Below, piece by piece: positions 63,961 to 64,000 of a stretch of 64,000 nt of DNA. Source of the stretch: Bigelowiella natans CCMP2755 (taxonomy: Eukaryota > Protista > Cercozoa); contig ADNK01001280.1 of assembly GCA_000320545.1 (NCBI GenBank), positions 1 through 64,000 on the forward strand, written 5' to 3'. The notes under the pieces were generated by a model that was given only the letters and a program-made list of their open reading frames with translations, was not told the origin of the DNA and searched no databases. The stretch's first letter is position 1, and each line of letters starts with the position of its first letter. The position numbers and the translations under genes are program-made.

Positions 63961-64000
63961 AGGTCTAAGGGAATAAGGAAGGAAGGAAGGAGCAACGTGA

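Larger units (their letters stand above)
58700..64000 (+). mobile_element. Ty3/gypsy LTR retrotransposon, near-intact; 3' LTR lies beyond the window; left boundary approximate
   Basis: Domain order Gag(CCHC)-PR-RT-RNaseH-IN; PBS-like motif before gag; purine-rich tract after the pol stop. Confidence 0.92.

Overview
This is an intron-rich eukaryotic nuclear segment, most likely from an alga with a secondary green plastid such as a chlorarachniophyte. That inference rests on a green-type plastid S20 carrying a bipartite signal/transit leader. About 13 spliced genes are present: a PAC/DEG-ENaC-like 2-TM channel, a ClC-1/2-type chloride channel, a RIOX/NO66-type JmjC oxygenase, rotatin, an UNC-93-like MFS protein, mitochondrial S16, plastid S20, a RING protein, a secreted unknown, Maf, U2A', CCT5 and two unknowns. 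The window ends in a near-intact Ty3/gypsy retrotransposon. Three observations stand out. (1) Genes sit in head-to-head groups, and every spacer behind gene 3' ends carries a mutational scar. TpA is almost eliminated (converted to TG/CA) except inside CTAG, which accumulates. The extreme case is a 2.3 kb block at 33.7-36.0 kb with about 11 TpA, 9 of them in CTAG. This looks like a RIP-like but adenine-directed (A:T to G:C) region-targeted hypermutation system. (2) The gypsy element sits in such a spacer. Its integrase has a shortened DD(27)E core and ends in a Dam-like N6-adenine-methyltransferase-type domain with a degenerate catalytic motif, in the position where chromoviruses carry a chromodomain. 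(3) The first complete gene resembles the animal proton-activated chloride channel PAC. Exon boundaries and counts were made by eye and are approximate.
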